A stretch of 64,000 nt of DNA from positions 5,879 to 69,878 of the IMG/VR virus record IMGVR_UViG_3300035034_000207, one strand, 5' to 3'. The DNA comes from a virus. Position numbers and translations under genes: made by a program. Under the pieces are notes generated by a model that was given only the letters and a program-made list of their open reading frames with translations, was not told the origin of the DNA and made no database searches. Position 1 is the stretch's first letter. Each line of letters opens with the position of its first letter. Below, piece by piece: positions 44,696-55,646 of the stretch.

Positions 44696-47600
44696 ATGGT
44701 TTTAGATAAAAACACCACCCCATACTTCAACGACTACGATGAAAATAAGAAATTCTATGAAATTCTTTTTAACCCTGGGCGTGCAGTACAGGCTAGAGAG
44801 TTATCACAAATCCAATCTATTATTCAAAAACAAGTTGAGCGATTCGGCCTTAATATATTTAAAGAAGGTTCAATGGTTGTGCCAGGAGAAGCGTCCATAA
44901 ACTTTAACGCCGAATACGTTTTATTGGAACAACAATTTAATTCGCTTGACATTAATACATCAGATTTCAACGATAAACTTATATGTGGAACATCGTCTGG
45001 CGCCATCGCTAATGTTATAGAACACATTCCAATTGATGGCGCGGATCCAAATACGTTGTATGTGTCATATCTATCTGGCGATTCTACTAGAACAATAGAG
45101 GGTAATATTACATCGTCTTCTAACATCATAACAAATCTATCAATTGCAGCTACACAGTTTATACGTGTTGGAACCAAGATAGAAGCTGCTGGAATTCCAG
45201 TTGGCTCGTACGTCTCAGAAATTATAGATAATGATTCTATAAAAATGTCACAAACCGCGACTGCTACAACATCGTCTCTTTCCATTGAGCTTGTCACTTC
45301 TAGTAAATTTGACCAGGGTGAGGATATATATGTAGTTGGAACGTCTGTTGGTTCAACTACTATAACCGATTCAAATGGGTGTACTGGTCAGGGAACAAGA
45401 TTTCAAATTCAGCGAGGCGTTTATTTCGCAAAGGGGTATTTCTTACTAGTTGACCAACAGTCCATGATAGTTAATAAGTATTCGTCATCCCCATCTGCTA
45501 AAATTGGCTTATCAATTACAGATAGTTTCGTGAGTGAAGAAGAAGAATTAAGCCTCGTCGATCCTGCACAAGGATCTCCAAACTTCAACGCTCCAGGAGC
45601 CCACAGATATAAAATAGATATGGTTGCAACTGCATATTCGTTATTAGCCGAAATACCAGACAACTTTGTTGAACTTATACGGGTGGAAAACGGTAACATA
45701 CTTAAATTTGTAGTCAACCCAGAATATGCTGAACTTGAAAAAACCTTGGCCCGCCGAACAAAAGATGAGTCTGGGTCGTATACAGTTAACGGGTTGAGCG
45801 TTCAAGTACGTGAGCATTTAAACTCTTCTACTAATTTTGGTGTTTATCCTTCGCCTAAAGGCGACCCAACAAAGTTGGTTTTTGCTGTGGACCCCGGCAA
45901 GGCGTACGTTGAAGGGTTTGAAATATCTTCGGTTGGCACAAAGTTTTTTGAGACACCAAAAACCAGAACGCTTGGCACAGTAAACAACGCAACGTTTCCG
46001 TCACTTATTGGTAATTACATAACAGTGTCTAACATGACTGGTCTATTCAACTTTACTACTTACGAGCAAGTTGACTTAGTTTCGGTTGCTGTTGGTGGTG
46101 GTGGTTATCCCGGAGACGTGTTAGGAACTGCTAGAGTTCGTGGTATTGAATTTGTTTCTGGGACACCAGGCGATTCAGGCGCAGTATACAAAATATATTT
46201 ATTCAATATTAATATGAATTCTGATACTAATGGGGTATTTGCATTTTCAGATATTAAAGGAATTAAAAATTCCGGTGATTCTAAAAACGCCAGTGTTATT
46301 TTAAGTTCTGGTTTGGCTATACTAAGCGACGTACAAAATAACAACGCATTATTAGAAATACCACAATACGCAATTAAATCGCTTAAAGATGACGATGACC
46401 TATCAGATACTACATATACAATTCGCAGACACGTATCAGGTAGTATGTCTGGAACAACATATACACTAAATGCTGGTACTGGGGAAACATTCGCGCCAAA
46501 CTCTATAACAAATTATCAGGTTTCTGTTGTTACAGCTTCTGGGACCGCAACAGGGAATGGGTACGCTAACGGTGATATCATTAACATGACAGCCGCAGGT
46601 AACACCATTGTCTTAGGAGGGTCTCCAGTAGGAAAACAAGTTGTTATCACCGCCCCTGATATAGAGGGCTCTACAATAACAGTAATGGCCACAATTATAA
46701 AAGAAACTTCTGTAGAGAAAACAAAAACATTAACGTCAAGATCACAGACCCTATCACATTCAAGTTTAATACAATTGGACAGGGCTGATATATTTGACAT
46801 AGTTTCTATAATTGACACAAGTTCTTCAAACGATATTACTGATAGATATATTCTAGACAATGGTCAAAGAGATAACTTTTATGACAGGGGTTCTATATCT
46901 CCTAGGCCCGGATATGTGTTACCGGCTACAACAATTCAGATTAATTATAGATATTTTGAACACGGTTCTGGGGATTATTTTTCTGTTGACTCATACGATG
47001 CTATTATTGATTATGAAGATATATATACATACGACTCTGTCACAACTGGTAAATCGTATGACATGCGTAATTGTATAGATTTCCGCCCAAGAATTTCTAA
47101 TACAGGAAGCACCTTTTCTGTTCTATCTGAAATTCTGGCGCCTGGGAATACATTTCGGTGTGACTATTCATTTTACTTAGGAAGGGTTGATAAATTAGTA
47201 TTAGACTCCACGGGGGAATTTTCTATCATAAAAGGAACACCTGCATTAAATCCTAAAACGCCAACATCCCCTTCTGGTACTATAACGTTGTACGAATTTA
47301 ATATTCCACCTTATACTTTTAGTGTATCTGATATATATGTTAATAAAGTAGACAACAAAAGATATACTATGAGGGATATTGGTTCTTTAGAAAAAAGAAT
47401 TGAATCGCTGGAATATTATTCGAGTTTGTCCTTACTTGAGAAATCAACAGAATCTCTGTTTATTGATGATGGAACTGGTTTAAATCGGTTTAAATCTGGT
47501 TTTCTTGTAGACAACTTCACATCACACTTTGTTGGAAATTCAAGTTTGTCTGAATACCGTTGTTCTATTGATAACTCTTTAGGTATTCTTAGACCATCTT

Positions 47601-50008
47601 TTTATTCAGATTCTGTTAAAATGTTAATAGACGAAGGTGGTTCTAGTAATTTTCAAAAAACTGGTGATCTAATAACACTACCATATACTGTCACGCCGTT
47701 TATTACTCAACCAGTAGCGTCTGAAAAGATAAACGTTAATCCATATGATGTGTTCAATTGGGAAGGGACTACTAAATTAATACCTTCATCGGACGAATGG
47801 TATGAAACTCAACGCGTTGCTGATTACATTATATATGAAGACGATGGGCTTGCTGATCAACTGGCCGCATATAATGGAAAAACTATTTGGAACGATTGGC
47901 AAACAACATGGACCGGGTCTACAAGAACATTGGTAGATCGCCAACAGTTATTCTCTGACTTAGATGGTACTAACATATCTCAGCGGGGTAAAACAGCTGG
48001 TCGTATTAAAACCGGTACAATAGAAGAAATATATTCTAATACAACTACTTCTGGGCAAACAAAATCTGGTGTGTCATATTCGGTCGTAGAGTCTAGATAT
48101 ACTGAATCGCAGGGTGATAAAGTTATTACTACAACTGTAATTCCGTTTATGCGTGAAAACGATGTTAATTTTGAAGTTAAAAATCTAAAACCATTTACAC
48201 GTGTATATCCATTTTTTGATAATATACCAGTTACTGATTATTGTAAACCGTCTTCTGGCGCCTTAGGAGATCCTCTAATAACAGACGTTCACGGATATAT
48301 AGATGGGACATTTTCAATTAAAAACAATGATGAAATACGTTTCAGAACTGGCGAAAAAACATTTACGTTAACCGATAATGTTAATAATGATTTTGAATTG
48401 CAAAGAACTAATTCAGATGGGACATATATAGCAAAAGGGCTTTTGGAGACAGTACAAGACACGATCATATCAACTAGAACAGCCACACTTGTTACTCAAA
48501 ACGTAACAGATTCCCGTAGTATTGTTATAGGAAGTTCCAAAGAGTCGGTTATTATTAAGTACTCTGATCCTGTTGCTCAGTCGTTCTTGGTTGATAAAAC
48601 TGGTGGCGTATTTCTATCAAAAGTGGACATATTCTTTGCGACTAAAGATAGAACTGGAGTTCCAATAACGCTTCAAATTAGAAATATGGTTAACGGGTAT
48701 CCAGGGCAAGTAATAGCACCGTTTTCAGAGGTTACTATAAACCCAGAAGATATTACTATATCTGGCGATGCTACTATTGCAACGGAGTTTGTGTTTGAAA
48801 GTCCCGTGTTTTTACAAGAAGGCCAGGAGTATTGTTTTATGCTTAGGGCCAATTCGTCAGAGTATGAAATATGGGTTTCACGCATTGGATCCTTTGACGT
48901 TATATCAGGAGAGAGAATATCACAACAGCCATACGCTGGCTCGTTATTTAAATCTCAAAATACTAGCACCTGGACCCCCGACCAAGAGCTTGACGCTAAA
49001 TTTACGCTTCATAGATGCGATTTTGACACTGCAGTGTCTAGCAACATTATATTTAAAAACGGCGAAGTGTCAACTAGATTGATGCTAGAAGACACATTTA
49101 CAACGTCAGTTAGTTCAGCTGTTATCAACGTATATTTTCCAGATCATGGAATGTTAGACACGAATGAAATTACACTATCTGGATTCTCTGAGGATTTAAA
49201 TGGCATACCATTTTCTGAATTGAACGCCACACACGCTATAACATATATCGACATGGATAATTTCACAATAGCAGTAACTTCTACAGCCACGTTATCTGGC
49301 CGAGGTGGTGGTACTGCTATTTACGGAACGCCAAATCTTAGAGCCGATGTTATTTGTCCTTTGTTTGAAACAATTCTACTACCCAATACGGAAATGTCGT
49401 GGGGCTTACGTTTAAGAGATGAATCGAACGTTCTTGATGGAGATTATATTCCGTTTAATCTTAAAGAGAACCTAGAATTACCAGATGAACGGTTTGTTTA
49501 TTCTGTAGATAATGAAAATGCTGCGAAATCTGTGCATATAAGATCTATCTTGTCCACTGATAATTCTAATGTATCACCCGTTATTGATCTAGAACGGGCG
49601 TCTCTGATTGTTGTGTCAAACAGAATAAACAATCTAACAACAGGCGAAGATGAACCAAACTCTGGAAACGCTATTGCTAGATATATTACAAAGAAAATTG
49701 CATTAGAAATACCCGCAAAAGCAGCCAGAGTATATCTTGCTTGTAGAAGATTGTTTGGATCTGAAATCAGCGTTTACATTAAACATATGCCAGATGCTTC
49801 ATCTGATGTTAGTTTTAAAGATTTACCATACGTTGAATTGACAAAAATCAACTATCCAGATTTTTCTAAACAGCTTAAGGATTATGTCTTTGAAATAGAT
49901 GGCCTAGACGCGTTTTCGAATTATTCAATAAAAATTGTCATGACGTCTAATAAAACATCTGCTGTTCCGTTAATAGTCGATTTTAGAACAATAGCGCTTG
50001 GCACATAA
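44696..50008 (+). CDS. large virion structural protein (DUF4815/VrlC-like)
   Basis: PYF.DYD..K.FY.ILF.PGRAVQARELSQIQS, LARRT.DESG.Y, RFKSGF.VDNF, DPVAQSF. Confidence 0.88.
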   Translation: MVLDKNTTPYFNDYDENKKFYEILFNPGRAVQARELSQIQSIIQKQVERFGLNIFKEGSMVVPGEASINFNAEYVLLEQQFNSLDINTSDFNDKLICGTSSGAIANVIEHIPIDGADPNTLYVSYLSGDSTRTIEGNITSSSNIITNLSIAATQFIRVGTKIEAAGIPVGSYVSEIIDNDSIKMSQTATATTSSLSIELVTSSKFDQGEDIYVVGTSVGSTTITDSNGCTGQGTRFQIQRGVYFAKGYFLLVDQQSMIVNKYSSSPSAKIGLSITDSFVSEEEELSLVDPAQGSPNFNAPGAHRYKIDMVATAYSLLAEIPDNFVELIRVENGNILKFVVNPEYAELEKTLARRTKDESGSYTVNGLSVQVREHLNSSTNFGVYPSPKGDPTKLVFAVDPGKAYVEGFEISSVGTKFFETPKTRTLGTVNNATFPSLIGNYITVSNMTGLFNFTTYEQVDLVSVAVGGGGYPGDVLGTARVRGIEFVSGTPGDSGAVYKIYLFNINMNSDTNGVFAFSDIKGIKNSGDSKNASVILSSGLAILSDVQNNNALLEIPQYAIKSLKDDDDLSDTTYTIRRHVSGSMSGTTYTLNAGTGETFAPNSITNYQVSVVTASGTATGNGYANGDIINMTAAGNTIVLGGSPVGKQVVITAPDIEGSTITVMATIIKETSVEKTKTLTSRSQTLSHSSLIQLDRADIFDIVSIIDTSSSNDITDRYILDNGQRDNFYDRGSISPRPGYVLPATTIQINYRYFEHGSGDYFSVDSYDAIIDYEDIYTYDSVTTGKSYDMRNCIDFRPRISNTGSTFSVLSEILAPGNTFRCDYSFYLGRVDKLVLDSTGEFSIIKGTPALNPKTPTSPSGTITLYEFNIPPYTFSVSDIYVNKVDNKRYTMRDIGSLEKRIESLEYYSSLSLLEKSTESLFIDDGTGLNRFKSGFLVDNFTSHFVGNSSLSEYRCSIDNSLGILRPSFYSDSVKMLIDEGGSSNFQKTGDLITLPYTVTPFITQPVASEKINVNPYDVFNWEGTTKLIPSSDEWYETQRVADYIIYEDDGLADQLAAYNGKTIWNDWQTTWTGSTRTLVDRQQLFSDLDGTNISQRGKTAGRIKTGTIEEIYSNTTTSGQTKSGVSYSVVESRYTESQGDKVITTTVIPFMRENDVNFEVKNLKPFTRVYPFFDNIPVTDYCKPSSGALGDPLITDVHGYIDGTFSIKNNDEIRFRTGEKTFTLTDNVNNDFELQRTNSDGTYIAKGLLETVQDTIISTRTATLVTQNVTDSRSIVIGSSKESVIIKYSDPVAQSFLVDKTGGVFLSKVDIFFATKDRTGVPITLQIRNMVNGYPGQVIAPFSEVTINPEDITISGDATIATEFVFESPVFLQEGQEYCFMLRANSSEYEIWVSRIGSFDVISGERISQQPYAGSLFKSQNTSTWTPDQELDAKFTLHRCDFDTAVSSNIIFKNGEVSTRLMLEDTFTTSVSSAVINVYFPDHGMLDTNEITLSGFSEDLNGIPFSELNATHAITYIDMDNFTIAVTSTATLSGRGGGTAIYGTPNLRADVICPLFETILLPNTEMSWGLRLRDESNVLDGDYIPFNLKENLELPDERFVYSVDNENAAKSVHIRSILSTDNSNVSPVIDLERASLIVVSNRINNLTTGEDEPNSGNAIARYITKKIALEIPAKAARVYLACRRLFGSEISVYIKHMPDASSDVSFKDLPYVELTKINYPDFSKQLKDYVFEIDGLDAFSNYSIKIVMTSNKTSAVPLIVDFRTIALGT

Positions 50009-50009
50009 T

Positions 50010-50198
50010 ATGAAAGAACAAATAAAAGATAGAGAACACCTATTAAGAGATTCGTCTTCAAGAGCCATTATAAATACTAATACATCTGCTCTTATAGATG
50101 CAAAGTTGGCCAAAGAAAGACGCGTTTCTCAAATAGATAGACTTGATAGACTTGAAGAAAAAATGGACACACTATTAGAGATGTTGTCTAACAAATAA
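50010..50198 (+). CDS. small coiled-coil virion-associated protein
   Basis: L.RD..S.AIINT motif, typical of the gene following DUF4815 proteins. Confidence 0.7.
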   Translation: MKEQIKDREHLLRDSSSRAIINTNTSALIDAKLAKERRVSQIDRLDRLEEKMDTLLEMLSNK

Positions 50199-50217
50199 AC
50201 GGAAGAATATAGATTAG

Positions 50218-51231
50218 ATGGCAATTATACAAATAGATAAAAACACTGCAATTTTTGATGATGTTATAAACACCATTAACGACTTGGTTACTGGTATTAA
50301 TGATCTTACTAGTTTTGATTCTATAACTATAACCAACTCATCAATATCAACAACATCAATTGAGAATTCAATAATAGGTGCAGTTACGCCAGCAGCTGCC
50401 ACGTTTAGTAATACAACGGTAAATTCTACTTTAACGACAGACACCCTCGTATTCACGAACGTTGTTGCTAATGACGTACCAGGCGCACAGGCGGCCTTTG
50501 GCCTAACTATTGGATCTGATGTTCAGGCGTATTCTACTAAATTGTCTAATTTATCAACACTATCTGATTCTTCTGGCACTATAGAAAAAACCGGTGCAAG
50601 CACCTATGACGTTTACACAGTTACAACTTTTGCAAAAAGTATGCTAGACGATACTACAGCCGTTGCCACAAGAGCAACGCTTGGTCTTGGGTCTATATCA
50701 ACGCTATCTACTATTGCAGCAACAAACATATCATCAAACGCTGTAACCGAAGCAAAGATTGCTGATGGCGCTGTTACAGAGTCTAAACTTGCATCAAACG
50801 CTGTAACTGAAGGAAAAATAGCATCGGGCGCAGTTACTGTTACTAAAATTCCAGATAACACTATAACACCTGTAAAGATAACAATAGATGGCGTTCAAGA
50901 AATAAGAGCAGTGCCCCAATTATCAAAAAGTTCTGCATATACTACAGTGGCAAGCGATGCTGGTAAACATATTCTTCATCCGTCGGGCGACACCACAGCT
51001 AGAACATGGACCATTCCATCTAATGCATCTGTTGCGTATCCAATCGGCACTGCTATTACTTTTATTAATCAAAATGCCGCCGGCGTCATAACAATTTCTA
51101 TAACGTCTGACACTATGCGCTTGGCCGATAAAGGCACAACAGGAAACAGATCGCTAAAAGCCAATGGTATTGCCACAGCCATTAAGATTGCTTCAACTGA
51201 GTGGATTATATCAGGGGCCGGGCTTTCGTAA
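50218..51231 (+). CDS. tail fibre protein
   Basis: Ser/Thr/Ala-rich, IG..TPAAATF, GL.IG.DVQAY, four 10-aa AVT..K repeats, beta-rich C-terminal domain. Confidence 0.75.
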   Translation: MAIIQIDKNTAIFDDVINTINDLVTGINDLTSFDSITITNSSISTTSIENSIIGAVTPAAATFSNTTVNSTLTTDTLVFTNVVANDVPGAQAAFGLTIGSDVQAYSTKLSNLSTLSDSSGTIEKTGASTYDVYTVTTFAKSMLDDTTAVATRATLGLGSISTLSTIAATNISSNAVTEAKIADGAVTESKLASNAVTEGKIASGAVTVTKIPDNTITPVKITIDGVQEIRAVPQLSKSSAYTTVASDAGKHILHPSGDTTARTWTIPSNASVAYPIGTAITFINQNAAGVITISITSDTMRLADKGTTGNRSLKANGIATAIKIASTEWIISGAGLS

Positions 51232-51232
51232 T

Positions 51233-52036
51233 ATGAGCATTCAACAACTTTTATTAGCTGGAGCCACCCCGTTTGAAGCGACAGGTGGTTCAATATCAAC
51301 TATAACAGACGGTGGCTTTACATATAAAGTTCATACTTTTACGTCTAGTGGAACTTTAAATGTTATATCCGGCACAACAGATGTCGAATACCTCGTGTGT
51401 GCCGGGGGCGGCGGCGGCGGGTCTAAGAATGGCGGCGGAGGTGGTGGCGGCCGTGTTAAAGTTGGTAATGTAGAATTAAGTGCGAGTTCGTATAGTATTT
51501 CTGTTGGGGCAGGTGGAGCAGGTGGTGTTGTTACGCGCGGGTCTAACGGTGGGGCTTCCAGTGCTTTAGGTATAACGGCTCAAGGTGGTGGTGGTGGTGG
51601 TAACGAGTATGGAGCAGACGCGTCTGCTGGCGGTAACGGCGGTGGTGGTGGTAGATTTACAGCAGCGGCTGGATCAAATGACGGTGGTACGTCGGGGGGC
51701 GCTGGAAAGGGATCGAACCCTAAAGCCGGTGGCGGCGGGGGTGGTGGTAACAGTAGTTCAGGGAACGCATCTGCCAGTGGCGGTAACGGCGGCGCCGGGT
51801 TGTACAGTACAATAACAGGATCAAATTTAGATTATGGCTCTGGTGGTGGTGGTGCTCAATATGAAGCGGGTGGAGCACAAAAAGGCGGCCCTGGCGCTGG
51901 TAACGGTGGTTATTTAAATGTCGGACAGGCCGCAAATGCGCGTGGCGGAGGCGGCGGAGGTAACAAAGAGGGGTACGGAAGTTTTAACGGGCACGCTGGG
52001 GCGTCTGGACAAGTGATAATAAGATATAAAATTTAA
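51233..52036 (+). CDS. glycine-rich fibre-tip adhesin-like protein
   Basis: ATGG, YKVHTFTSSG, VEYLVCAGGGGGG, many poly-Gly runs, G.SG.VIIRY end. Confidence 0.75.
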   Translation: MSIQQLLLAGATPFEATGGSISTITDGGFTYKVHTFTSSGTLNVISGTTDVEYLVCAGGGGGGSKNGGGGGGGRVKVGNVELSASSYSISVGAGGAGGVVTRGSNGGASSALGITAQGGGGGGNEYGADASAGGNGGGGGRFTAAAGSNDGGTSGGAGKGSNPKAGGGGGGGNSSSGNASASGGNGGAGLYSTITGSNLDYGSGGGGAQYEAGGAQKGGPGAGNGGYLNVGQAANARGGGGGGNKEGYGSFNGHAGASGQVIIRYKI

Positions 52037-52050
52037 AGGAAATTAGAAAC

Positions 52051-52614
52051 ATGATATACACAATATTAATACCACTTATGATGGGAATACTAGCTGGATA
52101 TGCTGGTGGTTCTTTACCGTTTTCAAGCATGTTAGATAAGAAGGGCGATTTAGATAAAAATGGCCGAGATATAGGCGGGGTCATGCCTATTAATTTGTCA
52201 AACTTGCCTGAGTTGCTAATGGGCCTTATTGTTATTTTAGCACTTGTTCCAGTATTTGGTTGGTATTCTATTCTCGCCGGCTGTTGGTTCTATGCGTGGT
52301 TTCAGTCTGGGACATGGCTTATGCTTCCGTGGTGGAAGGAGGGCGTACGCGATCCAGAAAGAGGTGGTAAGATTAGACCAGTGTCTGAATGGGTTGCAAA
52401 GAAATTTGGTTACGAATTCGACTCTGAAGGGCATGCTTGGATATTCGCTGCTATCAGAGGTTTCTTGATTACTATGCCGTTTGGTTGTCTTGGTCTAATC
52501 ACTTCCCCACTATCAAGAGAAGTTGGATCTCATTTTCAGAACCATGCAATAGCAGAATGTCTAGAGGGTTTTACTTTTGGATTGTGTCTAGTATTGTTTC
52601 TTATTCTTATCTGA
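52051..52614 (+). CDS. multi-pass membrane protein
   Basis: Several hydrophobic helices; AAGGA RBS. Confidence 0.7.
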   Translation: MIYTILIPLMMGILAGYAGGSLPFSSMLDKKGDLDKNGRDIGGVMPINLSNLPELLMGLIVILALVPVFGWYSILAGCWFYAWFQSGTWLMLPWWKEGVRDPERGGKIRPVSEWVAKKFGYEFDSEGHAWIFAAIRGFLITMPFGCLGLITSPLSREVGSHFQNHAIAECLEGFTFGLCLVLFLILI

Positions 52615-52866
52615 TATACCAGCAAACACGTGTTCTAATAATCGCAAGGCTTGCAACGTTTCAATCTCACGCGGCGTTGCGGGCCTAATTTCACGTTCTT
52701 CAATATTGTTTATTGTAAACTCTACACACCACACACCAGATTTGTTAATATAATAATCAGAAGAAAATCCAAGAGATAATTTAAACTCGTTCTTTAGATT
52801 TCTAATTATATCTTTTGGTTTTACATTAACACTGATTGTTCTTGATTCTGTTACGTTTATTTTCAT
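52588..52866 (-). CDS. hypothetical early protein
   Basis: 92 aa, coupled to the upstream ORF. Confidence 0.65.
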   Translation of the reverse strand: MKINVTESRTISVNVKPKDIIRNLKNEFKLSLGFSSDYYINKSGVWCVEFTINNIEEREIRPATPREIETLQALRLLEHVFAGISDKNKKQY

Positions 52867-53123
52867 TTTTGTTTTTTACCCCATCTTCTGTTTTCCAACA
52901 ATTCTATCAATGACAATTCAACGGCCAATGAAGGTGTGTCTATATCGTATTGTTCTCTAACACCACACCAGTCTATTTGCGTATCGTTAACAAGAGAACA
53001 AACATTAAAATTGTCTATCTTGACCACTTTATAACACAAACGCCAAGAGTCTTCAGCAAACAAAACGATGTGCTTATCTGTATCATCTCTTGGCCACAAT
53101 ACCGTTATTATTTTTATTGCCAT
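52863..53123 (-). CDS. hypothetical early protein
   Basis: 86 aa, AAGGA RBS. Confidence 0.65.
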   Translation of the reverse strand: MAIKIITVLWPRDDTDKHIVLFAEDSWRLCYKVVKIDNFNVCSLVNDTQIDWCGVREQYDIDTPSLAVELSLIELLENRRWGKKQK

Positions 53124-53139
53124 TTGTTTGTATCCTTTT

Positions 53140-53619
53140 TTAAAATGGGTAAAGTCCTTTAGTTTTGTTATCTTCTTGTTTTGATCTGTTGATAGCTTCT
53201 AGAAAAGCTTCGTCAACTCCAGATGTGTCAAAATCTGAATGTTCTTGTATTAGGGGGTCTTTAACATATATACCAATTGCAGACAGGGCGCTAGATAAAG
53301 ATGGAAAGAATCTGTCAAGTGCTTCAAGTTTACTTGTTTTACCGTCTCTAAACGAAAAACTTGTTATATATTCATCAACGTCGTCTACTATTACACGTTG
53401 AGTGAATATAGAATTAATTATCAACCGCTCTATTGTAATTTTAGTTGGGTCATATGATGGAGATGTTACACTATATAAAGGAGTTAAGCAAATCAGTTCC
53501 AATATATCTTCGTTGGTCATACCAGAGGCTAAACGCTTCTTAATATAAACACCTGCAGAGGTGTTCATTGATTTTATAAAATTATTAAATTTCTCTGCTT
53601 CTTTATAATTATTACTCAT
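53140..53619 (-). CDS. hypothetical early protein
   Basis: 159 aa behind an early promoter. Confidence 0.7.
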   Translation of the reverse strand: MSNNYKEAEKFNNFIKSMNTSAGVYIKKRLASGMTNEDILELICLTPLYSVTSPSYDPTKITIERLIINSIFTQRVIVDDVDEYITSFSFRDGKTSKLEALDRFFPSLSSALSAIGIYVKDPLIQEHSDFDTSGVDEAFLEAINRSKQEDNKTKGLYPF

Positions 53620-53656
53620 ATGAGATTGTTCCCTAATATTTAATTCAATAAATACT

Positions 53657-53686
53657 ATTATAACACAACACTATCGGGATGTAAAC
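53657..53686 (-). promoter_or_regulatory. early promoter, overlapping the gene 14 late leader
   Basis: GTTTACA-17 nt-TATAAT on minus; AATAAATA on plus at 53647. Confidence 0.75.
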
Positions 53687-53693
53687 ACAAATA

Positions 53694-54353
53694 ATGGCTG
53701 TTAATGATTTTTTTAATAATGGGCAAGGTCCTGGCGCTGGTGTTGAACAAGACTTGCTAGAATCTTTAATAGTAGAGCTAATTCAATTATCTGGCAACGA
53801 CGTTATGTATATTAAGAGAAATATGTTTAACCCAGACTATTTCTTCTCAGAGTCTAATCAAGATAAATTTGATAATGCCACAGAAATAGAAGTGTATGTT
53901 GAATCTGTTTTAGACTTCTCTGGGCAGGGTTCTATATTCTCAAAATTTGGTTTAGAGCTAAACGATAATATAGACTTCGTTGTATCGAGAACTAGATTTA
54001 TGGAAGAACTTCAGATGTCTCGTCCAAAAGCAGGTGATCTGATATATTTTCCACTAACAAAACATTTACTTGAGATTGAAATAGTAGAAGACGAACCAGG
54101 TGCTATTGGTAACTTCTATCCTTTGGCCAAATTATATACTTACATGATGAAGTGTAAAACTTATACGTATTCACACGAAGATTTCTCTACTGGAATATCA
54201 GACATAGACGATCAGATGATTACAGATTCAAACGGTGAAAGATACGATACTGGCGATAAGTATTCTGACAACACACAAATAAACGATGAAGCTGATGAAT
54301 CTCTTGATTGGTCTGAGACTTCGCCGTTCGGCCCAACAACTACAAGCGATTAA
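53694..54353 (+). CDS. 14: neck protein gp14
   Basis: EQ.L.E.L..E.I...G.DV.Y..R, FSKFG, RPKAGDLIYFP....L.EI..VE. Confidence 0.92.
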   Translation: MAVNDFFNNGQGPGAGVEQDLLESLIVELIQLSGNDVMYIKRNMFNPDYFFSESNQDKFDNATEIEVYVESVLDFSGQGSIFSKFGLELNDNIDFVVSRTRFMEELQMSRPKAGDLIYFPLTKHLLEIEIVEDEPGAIGNFYPLAKLYTYMMKCKTYTYSHEDFSTGISDIDDQMITDSNGERYDTGDKYSDNTQINDEADESLDWSETSPFGPTTTSD

Positions 54354-54359
54354 TTATAT

Positions 54360-55142
54360 ATGGCAATTCCATCACAACCTTTTTACTTTGAGACTTTACG
54401 TAAAACTACTATTGCATTTGGTTCTCTATTCAATAATGTTTATATTAGGCGGTTTGATTCTAATAAGAACGTTGTAAACACTGTTAAAGTTCCATTGTCA
54501 TATTCGTCTGGTCAAAAATGGTTTGTGTTTGAAAAAGAAAACATACCAGCGCAAACTGCTGTAAAGACAAGAATGTCGTTCCCAAGGCTTGCGTTTAAAT
54601 TGGAAGGAATATCATACGATCCTTCTAGAAAACTTCCAACAACGTCCGGGTTTCTTTCAACCCACGACACAACAGACCCAGGTAAGTTTTTGCAAACGCT
54701 TTCACCAGTTCCATACAACCTGTCGTTTTCTTTGTTTGTAGGCGCCAAGAACATTGATGATGCACTTCAGATAGTAGAACAAATTATACCACTATTTCAA
54801 CCATCGTTTAATTTACCTATTAAAGATATTCCAGAACTAAACCTTATAAGAGACGTTCCAGTTATTTTAGAAAACGTTGATTTTACTGATGATTATCTAG
54901 GTTCGTTTGAAGAGGAAAAGATAACAGAGTTTACACTTAGATTTTCTGTTAAGGGATATCTATACCCACCAATTTACGATCAGGCTATTATTAAGAAAAT
55001 ATTCTTAAACTTCTACAAAGACGCTGAAATGGCAGAGAAGCAATCTAAGATGTTAATAAAAGTCGAGCCAATATTAGCGGCATTTGATTCCAACTGGGAC
55101 ACAATAACAGAACATGTAGAATTAGACTCCAATGGAGAGTAA
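54360..55142 (+). CDS. 15: tail sheath stabiliser/terminator gp15
   Basis: FY.ETLRK..IAFG.LFNN, KVPL.Y, PR..F, YD.SRK, PVPY, DD..QIVEQI.P.FQP. Confidence 0.93.
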   Translation: MAIPSQPFYFETLRKTTIAFGSLFNNVYIRRFDSNKNVVNTVKVPLSYSSGQKWFVFEKENIPAQTAVKTRMSFPRLAFKLEGISYDPSRKLPTTSGFLSTHDTTDPGKFLQTLSPVPYNLSFSLFVGAKNIDDALQIVEQIIPLFQPSFNLPIKDIPELNLIRDVPVILENVDFTDDYLGSFEEEKITEFTLRFSVKGYLYPPIYDQAIIKKIFLNFYKDAEMAEKQSKMLIKVEPILAAFDSNWDTITEHVELDSNGE

Positions 55143-55151
55143 ATATATAAT

Positions 55152-55646
55152 ATGAACAATAACGATGAAGACGATAACAACACACCACAGATTAGTTTGT
55201 TTAGCCACGATAGCACAGATTTAACGGTACAACAACAGCAATCGACTGACGTTCTTTCGGTTGAAGATATAGAAGTAGCCGATTCAGACTTTAAATACGC
55301 CCGCGACAAATTAATACAACTGTTGGAAGATTCTGCTGATGTTCTAGAACATGCTAGGTCTATTGCCGACGAAACAGGAGAACCAAAAGCTGTTGATACG
55401 TACGCTGGGATGTTAAGAAGCGTTGCGAAAATAACAAAAGATTTGGTCGAACTTTCACGAACACGTAAAGCAATCAAAACATCACCAAACAGTTCTTCTT
55501 CTGGTAATAGACAAGAACCACACGCTTTAAATCAAATAAATAACAGTATATACTTAGGATCAACATCAGAGCTTTCAAAATTCCTTGAAGAAATACAATC
55601 TGGTTCTGACGTTATAGAAGTTAAAAATGATAAAGACGCCGAATAA
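55152..55646 (+). CDS. 16: terminase small subunit gp16
   Basis: DF.YAR..L, A.E...P.A, NN.IY.GSTSEL; precedes gene 17. Confidence 0.85.
   Translation: MNNNDEDDNNTPQISLFSHDSTDLTVQQQQSTDVLSVEDIEVADSDFKYARDKLIQLLEDSADVLEHARSIADETGEPKAVDTYAGMLRSVAKITKDLVELSRTRKAIKTSPNSSSSGNRQEPHALNQINNSIYLGSTSELSKFLEEIQSGSDVIEVKNDKDAE

Noticed and set aside
51400-51960. GGT/GGC runs as a DNA repeat or contingency locus
   Set aside because: Explained by polyglycine coding with mixed codons
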